Below are positions 22,131-32,065 of a stretch of DNA of 64,000 nucleotides, in pieces. A program made the translations under genes and the position numbers. Where the stretch lies: IMG/VR virus record IMGVR_UViG_3300008107_000033, positions 41,623 to 105,622 of that record; one strand, 5' to 3'. The stretch comes from a virus. Every line of letters starts with the position of its first letter. The stretch's first letter is position 1. The notes below the pieces were generated by a model. The model searched no databases, was not told the origin of the DNA, and worked only from the letters and a program-made list of their open reading frames with translations.

Positions 22131-24805
22131 TGTTAAAGCAACTTCCAAATGTAATCAGTAGTTTTTCAAACAGTTCTCAGACCACTGTATCCTCTTTGAT
22201 AAGACAAATGAAGATAGATAAATCAGATGTTTCTAGTTTGGTTTCAAAGCTTTCTCAGATAAGAGTAGATACAAGTTATTCTCCATCAATATTTAGTCAA
22301 TTTAGTTCTTTGAATAGAGAATTTTTTATTGACATATTTAGAGATGCAGATATAAGAATAAGAAGTTATTACTCATCCGCCAACACCGTTGGCCTGATGC
22401 TTAATTCAATGATAGATATTTTTTATTCTGAAATTGAAAAAGTAGAAAAAGATTTAGATACATTACAGATATTTATAGATAATTATGAATTTATAGCTGG
22501 TAAAGATGATTTATATAATTCAAATTATGTAGAAAAATTTGATAATTACTTAAATGATTATAGAACAGATGGCTATCTATTTGATTTGATTGATAGAGAT
22601 GGTTCTTACTTTGATGAAAATGGCAATGGTTTTGTTGATACAAAAGCCGGTGTATTTAAAATTGGCACAAGTGTCACGACTAAGAACGCATTAGATTTCA
22701 TAGATGATATAAACATTAAAAGTAACTACGATAATTATAAATCAAGTGACAGCGGATTCTACGCAACATTAAATGATAATAGATCAGACTCTTGGAATGT
22801 TACTATAAAGTCTCCAGTAATCTTAACTTCAAAGATAGATGATATTAAGAAATATATATCATATGATACATCTTATATAAATGGAGCACAAAATATTGTT
22901 GAAATGTCATTTGCATTTCCTCAATTAATTGATACAATTTACATAACACCAGGTCATGGCAATGGTTTGCAATTGTTGCAAGCGGTATTGTTTTCAGACA
23001 TAACAGAAAGTTATGTATATAAAGATTACGAAACAATCCTTCAAGAGGCAACAGATTCTAATCAAACTATTGAATCCTTTTTTGAAACAAGTACTGGTGA
23101 TCCTACATCTCTTACAACAACAGTGCCTGTATTAACCGAACCAAAATCTTTAGATTCTATTACTGAAATTTCATTTCCAAGAAGAAATGTTAGTAAAGTT
23201 ATATTGATATTTAATCAGCCAGTATATTCTAAAAATGAAAATACAACATCATCCAGCGAACTCAATGCTAAAGCTGTGTATGATATAGGTAGAGAAATTA
23301 GAGAAATTAGAAGATCAAACACCGACAAGTTACAAGACTTAGTATACAATTTATTTTTAAGAAATAATTCTATTAAAGATTTATTTAAAAATAGATATAT
23401 GAACGATAGCTATTATTCCTATAAGTACCCGGTTGCTAATAAAACATTTGTAAATAAAATAGGTAGAGATAATTTCTCGGAAGAGAATATTCAATCTAAT
23501 TTAATAGATAAAAAATGGAGTACAATTTTATCTAATTTATTCCAAAACTTTTTCATTCATATGATTAAAGATAATGGAGAAATTTTTGATAGTTCAACAT
23601 TCATTGAGGCTGGGTCTGTATTTGATGATAGATATGATTTTAGAACTCCCGGAATGCTTCCACAAAAAGATTCCAATAATATGTATTTAGGAAAAACAAA
23701 AGAACTATTTGCGGAAACAGTTTCAAGATCAAATCATTCTATATTTAAAGACCTATTTATTTTAGAAAAAATAGATCAATATGAATATAGTTTTTCTATT
23801 AAATCAATAGAATTTGCGGCAGTAGAAAAAATAGACTCAAATAAAGCTTGTTTTGTCAGCAAAAAAATTCCATTTAATGGGTATCCTTTAGCATTAAAAG
23901 CTTCTTTAGTTAAGAGTAAAAACTTAATAGACTTTAATAGATTTAATTTTGATCTTAAAGAACCTATATCTTATGAAATTTCTATTTCTAATACAGAAAT
24001 ACCTGTATCAGAAAATGATTGGTTGCCAATATTGGAGTATGGAAAAGATAATATAGATTCAGAAGTTTTATTCTTTGATACTCAATCACTTTCCGCATCT
24101 ACAAGATTTTATTTTAATAGAGAAACTTTTGTTTTATATAAAGATGGTTACATAGTTTCTCCAGATCAATATTCTCTTAAAGAAAATTCAATTATTCTTA
24201 ATGTATTAGATATTAATTCTATTTATGTATGCAAATATAAAACAGATTTAACTCTTTTTAACTATGATAATATTGATTTTATCAAGAGTAAATTATTTCA
24301 AGAATCAACTAAATCTTATTTTGATGACCAAGGTCAGGGTGAAAGATTCTCCACAACAGACTATACAGGAAGAGTAACTCTATCGAATCTTCCTTATGTT
24401 AATACTGTATATAGCGAAGGTGCCAGTTATAATTCAGCATATGGCACGATATTTTCATCGGATTATCAAGGTTATAGTCCAATAAAAGTTCTTTTATCCG
24501 ATGGATCTTATGCAATTAACCTAACAAATTATACTACAAGTAAAGATCTTCCATCTTTTCCAGACAGTTCAAGAATATATTTCATACAAAATGGTAAAGA
24601 AATAGTATTTAATCAAGTTTTGTCTGATTCATTTTCTGTTATTTATGAGTATGTTTCTAATTCTACAAGATTTAGAATAATTATTAGAAAAAATATATCA
24701 AACATTCTATACCAAGCATCCGTAGACGCGGTCATGATAAAAGCAAAGACAAAAAATTATGATCCATATTACGATAAATTAACTAAAGCACTAGTAACAG
24801 GTTAA
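22130..24805 (+). CDS. Virion structural protein (paralogue family member 1)
   Basis: 891 aa; N-terminal coiled coil, YEYSFSIKSIEF, SEND-W-P motif; coupled to neighbours in the structural operon. Confidence 0.55.
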   Translation: MLKQLPNVISSFSNSSQTTVSSLIRQMKIDKSDVSSLVSKLSQIRVDTSYSPSIFSQFSSLNREFFIDIFRDADIRIRSYYSSANTVGLMLNSMIDIFYSEIEKVEKDLDTLQIFIDNYEFIAGKDDLYNSNYVEKFDNYLNDYRTDGYLFDLIDRDGSYFDENGNGFVDTKAGVFKIGTSVTTKNALDFIDDINIKSNYDNYKSSDSGFYATLNDNRSDSWNVTIKSPVILTSKIDDIKKYISYDTSYINGAQNIVEMSFAFPQLIDTIYITPGHGNGLQLLQAVLFSDITESYVYKDYETILQEATDSNQTIESFFETSTGDPTSLTTTVPVLTEPKSLDSITEISFPRRNVSKVILIFNQPVYSKNENTTSSSELNAKAVYDIGREIREIRRSNTDKLQDLVYNLFLRNNSIKDLFKNRYMNDSYYSYKYPVANKTFVNKIGRDNFSEENIQSNLIDKKWSTILSNLFQNFFIHMIKDNGEIFDSSTFIEAGSVFDDRYDFRTPGMLPQKDSNNMYLGKTKELFAETVSRSNHSIFKDLFILEKIDQYEYSFSIKSIEFAAVEKIDSNKACFVSKKIPFNGYPLALKASLVKSKNLIDFNRFNFDLKEPISYEISISNTEIPVSENDWLPILEYGKDNIDSEVLFFDTQSLSASTRFYFNRETFVLYKDGYIVSPDQYSLKENSIILNVLDINSIYVCKYKTDLTLFNYDNIDFIKSKLFQESTKSYFDDQGQGERFSTTDYTGRVTLSNLPYVNTVYSEGASYNSAYGTIFSSDYQGYSPIKVLLSDGSYAINLTNYTTSKDLPSFPDSSRIYFIQNGKEIVFNQVLSDSFSVIYEYVSNSTRFRIIIRKNISNILYQASVDAVMIKAKTKNYDPYYDKLTKALVTG

Positions 24806-24807
24806 TC

Positions 24808-26712
24808 ATGGCACAATTATCACCATCAACATCAATCTTTGATCAAGTCGCAACATCACTTTCTTCTATAGCAGAAAAGTTAAAGAGCGGAAAATACATT
24901 ACTAAACAGGATTTAATATCTGACTTTAATCAGGCGTTAACTGAAGCTTATCAAAATATAGATTCATTTAATACGAAGTTAGATTTGTTTGCAAAAGGCG
25001 AACCACCTACATCAACAAAGATGAACAAATTTGTTAACTCATTAAAAAATGATATAAATATATCTGCTAAGCAATTAGATTATCTAACGGCAAAAACTAT
25101 AAGTATATTTAATTTGTTTACTTCTGAAATAGAAAATGAAAAAAAATATTCTCAAAGAATATTTTCAAAAACAAAGATACTTCAGATGTATTCCGCTAGT
25201 CCAGCAGAAGACATAGTATATATTGGCGATTCATTTGATAATCAAGATTATATGGACTTTTCTAGAATGAAAGTAAATGAAAATCCTATGATTCTAAACG
25301 GTGCTGGAACTATTCAAGCATCAAAAACCACCAATTGGAATCCTTCAAGGATAATAATGAATAACTCCAATGGATTTATGGGTAATAATCACATTGTGAT
25401 AAAGAGCAAAGATGAATTAGACCAAATTAATTACGAATATGCATTCAAAAACAGTCCTTCAATCTCTAATCCATTAAATATTATAGATAAAAATCCATTA
25501 ACATATTTTGAATATGAAGCTTTAAATATTGATAAAGCTAAATATCAATCTATATTTGATTTTATTCCATCAGATAATGAATTTTCATATATAGTTGATT
25601 CAGAAGAACTTTCATCTGCGCCTAAGCGTAGCTTAATTAATTGGTCTAATCATAATCTACAAAAACCCCTATTGTTAGATTTTACTATTGAAGGAAATGG
25701 GCCAGCAATGGCTAACTCAGTAAAGATATCTCCATATTTTGGATACACAAAAATAGTAAAAGTATCCAATATTTATGTAACTAATGATATGGGAGAAACG
25801 GAAGATGTTGTTAAGGAATCTTTTTATATAGGTTTATCCCCAGAAAGCTTAACCAAAGAAGCTTACTCAAAGTATTATTTTGATTCAGCAGTTGTTAAAT
25901 TTTCTGACAGAAAAGTATTAAAGGTTAGAGTTGTTCTTGAGCAACCATACTTTAATGAGGAAGAAATAATGCATACATACTGGGCTACAGATTATAGTCA
26001 ATCTACATCTGATAATAGTCCGTTCTTTGGGTCTGTAAGATTCAATCCAGATTCTTTAAGTAAAGATATTTATCAGGAAATAAACTATAACAAAGATGCT
26101 ATTATACCGCCGTTAAGTAATCCAAATATCTTTAAAAAAAATAACGTTACCAGCAAACAGGTAACTGTATCTGTAAAGAAAAAAATTACAGATACTAATA
26201 AGGCTGAATCTGTACAAACATTTAGCGTGCCCCTTAAGCTAAAAAGGGATATAATTAAATGTAAGAGAATGTCAATTGGTTTGAGGGATGTTTCTATTGA
26301 GCATATTGAATATTTAGACTCAGCAGAGATTGTATCCTTACCTTATAAATTTGATTATCCAGTAGAATCTGTAATGCTAGGTATAGACAGTGATTTAAGT
26401 AGCGTTTCTTCAGCTACTCAGCTTATATCCTCTTATATTTCTGTTGATGATGGAAATAACTGGATAGATATAAGTTCAAGTCAGTTTGGATTTAACTCAG
26501 CTTCTTCGTCAGCAAATCCCGAAGTGCTAGTGTTCAATCAAAATGTTCCACCAGGATATAAGTTGCCTGGAGTAGGTTATCAAAATTATCCAAAAGTTCC
26601 TTCTGAAATTAGAAGCATCTTAGTTAAAATAAAAATGCTAAAAGATCCAAATACAAACGTTGTTCCAACTGTGTATTCATACACATTGGCCGCAAAGGTT
26701 AAAAAAATATGA
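24808..26712 (+). CDS. Virion structural protein (paralogue family member 2)
   Basis: 634 aa; coiled coil, SIGLRDVSI, YISVDDGNNWI, C-terminal PTVYSYTL. Confidence 0.55.
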   Translation: MAQLSPSTSIFDQVATSLSSIAEKLKSGKYITKQDLISDFNQALTEAYQNIDSFNTKLDLFAKGEPPTSTKMNKFVNSLKNDINISAKQLDYLTAKTISIFNLFTSEIENEKKYSQRIFSKTKILQMYSASPAEDIVYIGDSFDNQDYMDFSRMKVNENPMILNGAGTIQASKTTNWNPSRIIMNNSNGFMGNNHIVIKSKDELDQINYEYAFKNSPSISNPLNIIDKNPLTYFEYEALNIDKAKYQSIFDFIPSDNEFSYIVDSEELSSAPKRSLINWSNHNLQKPLLLDFTIEGNGPAMANSVKISPYFGYTKIVKVSNIYVTNDMGETEDVVKESFYIGLSPESLTKEAYSKYYFDSAVVKFSDRKVLKVRVVLEQPYFNEEEIMHTYWATDYSQSTSDNSPFFGSVRFNPDSLSKDIYQEINYNKDAIIPPLSNPNIFKKNNVTSKQVTVSVKKKITDTNKAESVQTFSVPLKLKRDIIKCKRMSIGLRDVSIEHIEYLDSAEIVSLPYKFDYPVESVMLGIDSDLSSVSSATQLISSYISVDDGNNWIDISSSQFGFNSASSSANPEVLVFNQNVPPGYKLPGVGYQNYPKVPSEIRSILVKIKMLKDPNTNVVPTVYSYTLAAKVKKI

Positions 26713-28847
26713 ACATTTCAACAGTACAGAAAAGAAGATTTTTAAATAATATATATAAATTGATATATTCTTCTGGACAAAAACCTTCTGAACAAGAGGT
26801 TAGAAAAGCATTTAATGAGTACTTCAGTATAAATCAACCAGGGTATCCAATTAGAGTAGACTACGATCTTCTTAGAGCATCAAATAAAACAGATGTTGAT
26901 TTATTAAATCAAATAATGGCAAATACAATCTATAATGTTGACGTATTGTATGACACAATATTAGATAATAATGAAGAATTATTTTCTATTGTTACATCAC
27001 TTAATAAGAAATTAGAAAATTTAAAAAAGAAAAGATTACAACTAGAATCAAAAATAGATGATCTTATATTTATGAATAATAATTCTGATGGATATTTTTA
27101 TTCATTTACAGAAAACTTTATATCAGCAGATAATTTAGATTTGTCATTAACCGACTCTGCTTTTTTTGATCCTAAACTTAGGAATGTAACTATTAGCAAA
27201 TTAAAATCTGAACAATTTAATGTTATGACAATTGATAATCTTAATGGAAATAATGTTGATTTTACAGTAACAGCAAATGGTCAGCAGTTGAGCGAAACAA
27301 TTGATAAAACAAATTTTAATAATATATTTGATGGTCTAACTGACACATATTGGGATCACTCAGTATCGCTGCAAAACCCTCAGCCCGTTTCGATAACAAT
27401 AAGCATACCCGTAAATAGAACTTCAGTCCTCTCAAAGGTGGATGGAATACTGTTTACTTCATCCCCGGTAAACATTATGATGAGAGCTATATATTCTGAT
27501 CCAGAGAGACCAATTGAAATAAGAACTAAAACATCGAGATCAGACTACGACGCTTTTTCCTTTTCAATTCCAGCAGGTTCTTACTCAACTATAGAAATAG
27601 TTTTATTTAAAAATGAACCAGACTATATAGATCAAAATAGTTCTAATCCATATATTTATAAATTTGGTTTAAGAGAAATGGTAATTGGTTCAAAGTACTA
27701 CGCCAAGTCTGGAATATTAGTGTCTGCTCCGATATCAATTCCTACAAAGACTAACTCAAATCTAGTGATAGATGCTGTATCAATGGAAGTTAAAGAGCAA
27801 ATTGTTCCTGGAACATCGGTTAATTATTATGTAGCTGCCAATAACCCACTGGCACAAAAGATTAATGACTATAATTGGATTCCAGTCTCACCAAAAGGTT
27901 CAGAGAGTTCTGGGTATAATCCAATTGTTTATCTGGATGGATCGACAAGAAATACGGTGTATATATCAAACTCTCCAGAGGATGACGAACTTGCCTACAT
28001 ACCACTTAATTCTTCAACAGCAAATGCAAATGAGTTAAATCCAAATACTAGAATATATTCTGGAAAAAATGTTTACAGAATTGCTCCACTTAGTTCTGAG
28101 GAAAACTATTTAAATCCAATTTTTTTAAGCGGTATAGACTGTTTAAAACACAATTATATAATTTATACTGGTTCCTCTACCTTAGATGGAAGGTATAAAG
28201 ATCTTCAATATTGGTCAGATACCCTCAGCAATAAGCCAGCATCACTTCTATCGAATACGCTAGTGGAGCAAATTGGGTCCATAAATCCAGGAATAAACTC
28301 CTATAGTTCTGGATATATAGAAACTTCAGTTTTAAGACAAAGTCCTATAAATGTTATACATACCGTATCAAAGTCTGATCCTAATTTTAATTTGGCAATA
28401 TATTTAAATGGCATTCTGATAGCAGACATCCCGAAGGGAACGAGCAGTAAAGTTATTGAATGGGAGTTTAAATCAGGAATTAACAAAGTAGTAGTAACTT
28501 ACGATAAGACAGTATCTGGACAAGTTTCTTTTAATTTAATAGAGGGTTTGTCATTGTCTAGATACGGATTGGTATTTGTTGACTATTTTAATTATTTAGA
28601 TCCATTTGAATTTCAGAATAAAGTAAATGAAGATAGCTATTACTTTACGATAGATACAATTTTTGGAAGAAAAGAAATACTATCTTCAAAACAATTAAAC
28701 GGAAAATCAAACTTTATTTATACATCCAATAATCCATTGGCAGTTAATGCCGTAAGATTTAGGGTTGATTTAAATAGATATGAAGACCCATTGGCATCAC
28801 CAATGGTTGAGTCTGTAAGAATTAAGTTTAAGCACAGGGATGCATAA
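26709..28847 (+). CDS. Virion structural protein (paralogue family member 3)
   Basis: 712 aa; coiled coil, YKFGLREMVI, NWIPVSP, C-terminal SPMVESVRIKF. Confidence 0.55.
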   Translation: MNISTVQKRRFLNNIYKLIYSSGQKPSEQEVRKAFNEYFSINQPGYPIRVDYDLLRASNKTDVDLLNQIMANTIYNVDVLYDTILDNNEELFSIVTSLNKKLENLKKKRLQLESKIDDLIFMNNNSDGYFYSFTENFISADNLDLSLTDSAFFDPKLRNVTISKLKSEQFNVMTIDNLNGNNVDFTVTANGQQLSETIDKTNFNNIFDGLTDTYWDHSVSLQNPQPVSITISIPVNRTSVLSKVDGILFTSSPVNIMMRAIYSDPERPIEIRTKTSRSDYDAFSFSIPAGSYSTIEIVLFKNEPDYIDQNSSNPYIYKFGLREMVIGSKYYAKSGILVSAPISIPTKTNSNLVIDAVSMEVKEQIVPGTSVNYYVAANNPLAQKINDYNWIPVSPKGSESSGYNPIVYLDGSTRNTVYISNSPEDDELAYIPLNSSTANANELNPNTRIYSGKNVYRIAPLSSEENYLNPIFLSGIDCLKHNYIIYTGSSTLDGRYKDLQYWSDTLSNKPASLLSNTLVEQIGSINPGINSYSSGYIETSVLRQSPINVIHTVSKSDPNFNLAIYLNGILIADIPKGTSSKVIEWEFKSGINKVVVTYDKTVSGQVSFNLIEGLSLSRYGLVFVDYFNYLDPFEFQNKVNEDSYYFTIDTIFGRKEILSSKQLNGKSNFIYTSNNPLAVNAVRFRVDLNRYEDPLASPMVESVRIKFKHRDA

Positions 28848-28886
28848 AGCCAGTGTTTCTGGTACTAATTAGTTAGGAAGAATTAA

Positions 28887-29285
28887 ATGCCAATAACTTA
28901 TACAAAACAATCTCACACCAAAAGACTTATAGAACCTTTCTTTTCTAGATTTAGACAAAAATATAGAGCAACTAGAAATAGCAAAAGAGAGAATTTAGAA
29001 ATGAATTCTTTGATTGTTGATTTTAATAGAATTAATAATCAATTAGACTCCATTAATTTAACATGCGATAATTATTCCGCAAGTATTAATGGTAAAATAT
29101 CTTCATTAATTGAAGCAGAAGTTTTAGTTGATGGTGTTGATGTTCAAATTGATGGTGTTAGTGCATCTATAGTCGATGAAATAACATCTGGTGTATCAGG
29201 TATAGATATAAATGATATTGTAAAGATTACAGGAAAGTTATCTAGACTTCAAAATAAAGTAAAATTTTTAGAAAACAGGATTTAA
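28887..29285 (+). CDS. Hypothetical virion-associated coiled-coil protein
   Basis: 132-aa ORF with SD AGGA in the structural operon. Confidence 0.5.
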   Translation: MPITYTKQSHTKRLIEPFFSRFRQKYRATRNSKRENLEMNSLIVDFNRINNQLDSINLTCDNYSASINGKISSLIEAEVLVDGVDVQIDGVSASIVDEITSGVSGIDINDIVKITGKLSRLQNKVKFLENRI

Positions 29286-29286
29286 T

Positions 29287-30546
29287 ATGGCAGATTCAAT
29301 CAATACCCAAAAAAGAGACGCTCATTACAGGGGCCCAGTAGACAGCGCTGAGTACAATACTAGAATTGAAGAAAACTATAGAGATCTTTTATATCTGTAT
29401 AATAAATCAAATATTCTTGATCAAAAACTTTCTCAAGCATTTGAAAGAGTCTTAAAAGACCAGGCGTATTTAGTTAACGCTGTTGACGATCTTGTTGATA
29501 GAGTCGAGGCTTTAGAAAATGAAACAAATACACTATCAATATATTCTTTTTCACAACTTGATTATGTTAATTTTATTGGAACAAGTTTTGCGGTTTCAAC
29601 AACAGACCTTCTTAGCTTAGATCCATATTATAATGCTATAACACTTCCGAAGGTTAGTGGATCTTCAAATTCAAAATTAAAGTTTCATACATCGGGAACT
29701 TCTTCAACTCAAGTTCTTCCGGATTTCTTCAAAACATATATACAAAATGATTATGTTGGTGTAGATACGGCTGGAGCAGTTATTAATACAACGCCAACAT
29801 TCCATGCGGTTATAGATGATCCGAATAAGATTTGGAAGCGCAATGTGATTACCCAGTCAACTTCGGTATCTGGGGCTCAAATGATGTTCTATGTAAAGAT
29901 TCCATCTGAATTTACTGGATCAACAAAAACAAATTGCATTAAGTTTAATCCATTCCCCGTATACTCAGTTGATATATCAGCAATAGAATATACAACAAAG
30001 CTAAATCCAACTTTAACAGAATCAGATTCCTGGATACCGCTAAACTCCTCAGCTCTCTATAATGGAGTTAGCACAGCAATAGGAAAGGTGCCACCTGGTG
30101 GATGGCTTATATCTGGATCTGATAAAATCTATAACTCTGGCCCACTCTGCTTTTATTTTCCGGATAAAGAAATTACGGCAATCAGAATCAAGATGGTGCA
30201 GAGAAGCTACATGGAAGAAGGCGGTAATTACATATATACGTACGGCCTTTCGGATCTTGATGTAAGATACGATAAATTCCTTCCATCTGGCAAAACAATA
30301 ATTAAATTTACCCCACCAGACGGATCTTTAATTAATAATATAATTAGTGTAGATCCGGTGATTTATAATGTTCCACTAAGTCAGATGTCAAATGCGTTTA
30401 GCTATAGGGTTATATATGATGACGCTGGAAACTACGGCCTTACAAACCCTGGGGCATCTACGAGCGTCTGGATAGAGGTTACTTTAAATATGCTAGAAGA
30501 TAAGACGGCACCAGTGCTTTCTGACCTAAGAATTCAATATGATTAA
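29287..30546 (+). CDS. Virion structural protein (paralogue family member 4)
   Basis: 419 aa; coiled coil, YTYGLSDLDV, SWIPL, C-terminal APVLSDLRIQY. Confidence 0.55.
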   Translation: MADSINTQKRDAHYRGPVDSAEYNTRIEENYRDLLYLYNKSNILDQKLSQAFERVLKDQAYLVNAVDDLVDRVEALENETNTLSIYSFSQLDYVNFIGTSFAVSTTDLLSLDPYYNAITLPKVSGSSNSKLKFHTSGTSSTQVLPDFFKTYIQNDYVGVDTAGAVINTTPTFHAVIDDPNKIWKRNVITQSTSVSGAQMMFYVKIPSEFTGSTKTNCIKFNPFPVYSVDISAIEYTTKLNPTLTESDSWIPLNSSALYNGVSTAIGKVPPGGWLISGSDKIYNSGPLCFYFPDKEITAIRIKMVQRSYMEEGGNYIYTYGLSDLDVRYDKFLPSGKTIIKFTPPDGSLINNIISVDPVIYNVPLSQMSNAFSYRVIYDDAGNYGLTNPGASTSVWIEVTLNMLEDKTAPVLSDLRIQYD

Positions 30547-30616
30547 TGGTTAAAAACCAAAAATCATTTTACTATAGATAGCGTAAACCGCATTATACAA
30601 TAAGGAGAAATCTGAT

Positions 30617-31225
30617 ATGGCAACCTTTTACGTAGGTCCAAGACCAGTATTGAAGGGTCGTTCAACTGCCGATATGATTAACGTATTCAAGGGTACGGCT
30701 GGCACATATTCATTTTACCCACTATTTGCTAAGGGTCTTTTGGATGGTGCTCCAGACAGTCATCATGTCCCAGGCACTGGTCGTCACCCAGGAAGTGTTC
30801 TTTTATCGCAACTTTTTACTGGTTCAACACTCTATGCTGGAACAACTCCATTAGCAGGAACTTTTGCAGATGGAGTTGGCTACGAAGGCGCTCGTTATAA
30901 GCCATTTGAATTTAAGGGTTTGGTCGGTGCAGCAGCGTTTCCTTCTGGCTTTGGTCACGCTGACAGAGTAAGTGATTACAGCTATAACAACTATATATTT
31001 GACGGTGTTACATCTTCGAATATATTTACTGGAACTGGTCATGGCCCAAGAACAGAAGCACAAGGTGCGCCATCATCGTTTGGTGTTTTCAGACCAAACG
31101 AAGTTCATGGTGTAGCAAGCGCAACAGTGTTTACTTCTGGCTATGGTCAAGCAAACACTGCATCTGACTATGGTAGAAACAAAGTATTGGAGTACAAAGG
31201 TTTAGCTTCAACAAAAGCCTTGTAA
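30617..31225 (+). CDS. Gly/Ala/Phe-rich probable abundant virion protein
   Basis: Strong SD TAAGGAG; 202 aa; codon choice (CGT, GGT) like highly expressed genes; last gene of the structural block. Confidence 0.5.
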   Translation: MATFYVGPRPVLKGRSTADMINVFKGTAGTYSFYPLFAKGLLDGAPDSHHVPGTGRHPGSVLLSQLFTGSTLYAGTTPLAGTFADGVGYEGARYKPFEFKGLVGAAAFPSGFGHADRVSDYSYNNYIFDGVTSSNIFTGTGHGPRTEAQGAPSSFGVFRPNEVHGVASATVFTSGYGQANTASDYGRNKVLEYKGLASTKAL

Positions 31226-31249
31226 GTATCACTAACAAAATATATTCTG

Positions 31250-31258
31250 TGCTATACT
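31250..31258 (+). promoter_or_regulatory. Extended -10 promoter candidate TGCTATACT embedded in an inverted repeat
   Basis: TGnTATACT within CTGTGCTA-TACTAA-TAGCACGG at the structural / metabolic module boundary. Confidence 0.5.
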
Positions 31259-31273
31259 AATAGCACGGTGACA

Positions 31274-31306
31274 ACAGTCCCGTCTGATATCAGACGGGAT
31301 TGTCGT
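31274..31306. terminator. Perfect 22-bp palindrome / hairpin (terminator or operator)
   Basis: TCCCGTCTGATATCAGACGGGA at 31278-31299, extendable by ACAG/TTGT; followed by a short T run. Confidence 0.55.
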
Positions 31307-31355
31307 TTATATAGATCATTTTTATAGGTTTTGAGTATTTTATTGAGGATTATAA

Positions 31356-32060
31356 ATGTCTTTAGAGGCTCTTGAAAAGGTAATAAAAGAAGATACGATA
31401 CCGTTCGAGGTTGCAGAAAAGTATTTAAACCTATTTCTTGGCAAGTCAGATTGGGATAACCACCTAAAAAGACTTTGGACAATATCTGCTTCTAAAAACT
31501 CCACAGAAGAACAAAGAAAAAACTTTGTGAAAAAAGCCATAAGCTGCGCAATAATGCTTCCTCTGCTAGAGGGCACTACTATACCTAGTCCTCCAGACAA
31601 ACTCTTGTTTTGGTGTACAGCTTGGACTCAGTTTAATGAAAAAGATTGGTTTAAATTATTCCAAGAAAATATAGAAGAAGATATAAAAATTACAAAAGAT
31701 AGAAATGCAATTATTATGTTAGGCGTTGTAGATCCAATAGATGTTTCTCCTTTAACTAGGCAGGCATTTAACTGGTTGTATAATAGGGCAAAAGAAGTTT
31801 CTGATTTAAATGAAGAGAATACAAAAGAACTAGAGGCAAAGTTTTTCAATCTAGTGAAGGCATATGGTGGGGCAGTGATATGTAATATGTTTGTTAAACA
31901 CAAAAATAATATTAGTAAAGTATTTAACTGGAGAAGTGGTTATTTCTTTGAGAAAGAAATACATAAAGTATATAAGATCGATGAAATAATTAAGATAAAA
32001 AATACAGAACTACAAAAGCTTAATCAAAAATACGTAAAAAAAATAACACTTAATAAATAG
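31356..32060 (+). CDS. Hypothetical protein
   Basis: 234-aa ORF with SD GAGGA. Confidence 0.7.
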   Translation: MSLEALEKVIKEDTIPFEVAEKYLNLFLGKSDWDNHLKRLWTISASKNSTEEQRKNFVKKAISCAIMLPLLEGTTIPSPPDKLLFWCTAWTQFNEKDWFKLFQENIEEDIKITKDRNAIIMLGVVDPIDVSPLTRQAFNWLYNRAKEVSDLNEENTKELEAKFFNLVKAYGGAVICNMFVKHKNNISKVFNWRSGYFFEKEIHKVYKIDEIIKIKNTELQKLNQKYVKKITLNK

Positions 32061-32065
32061 GAGAT

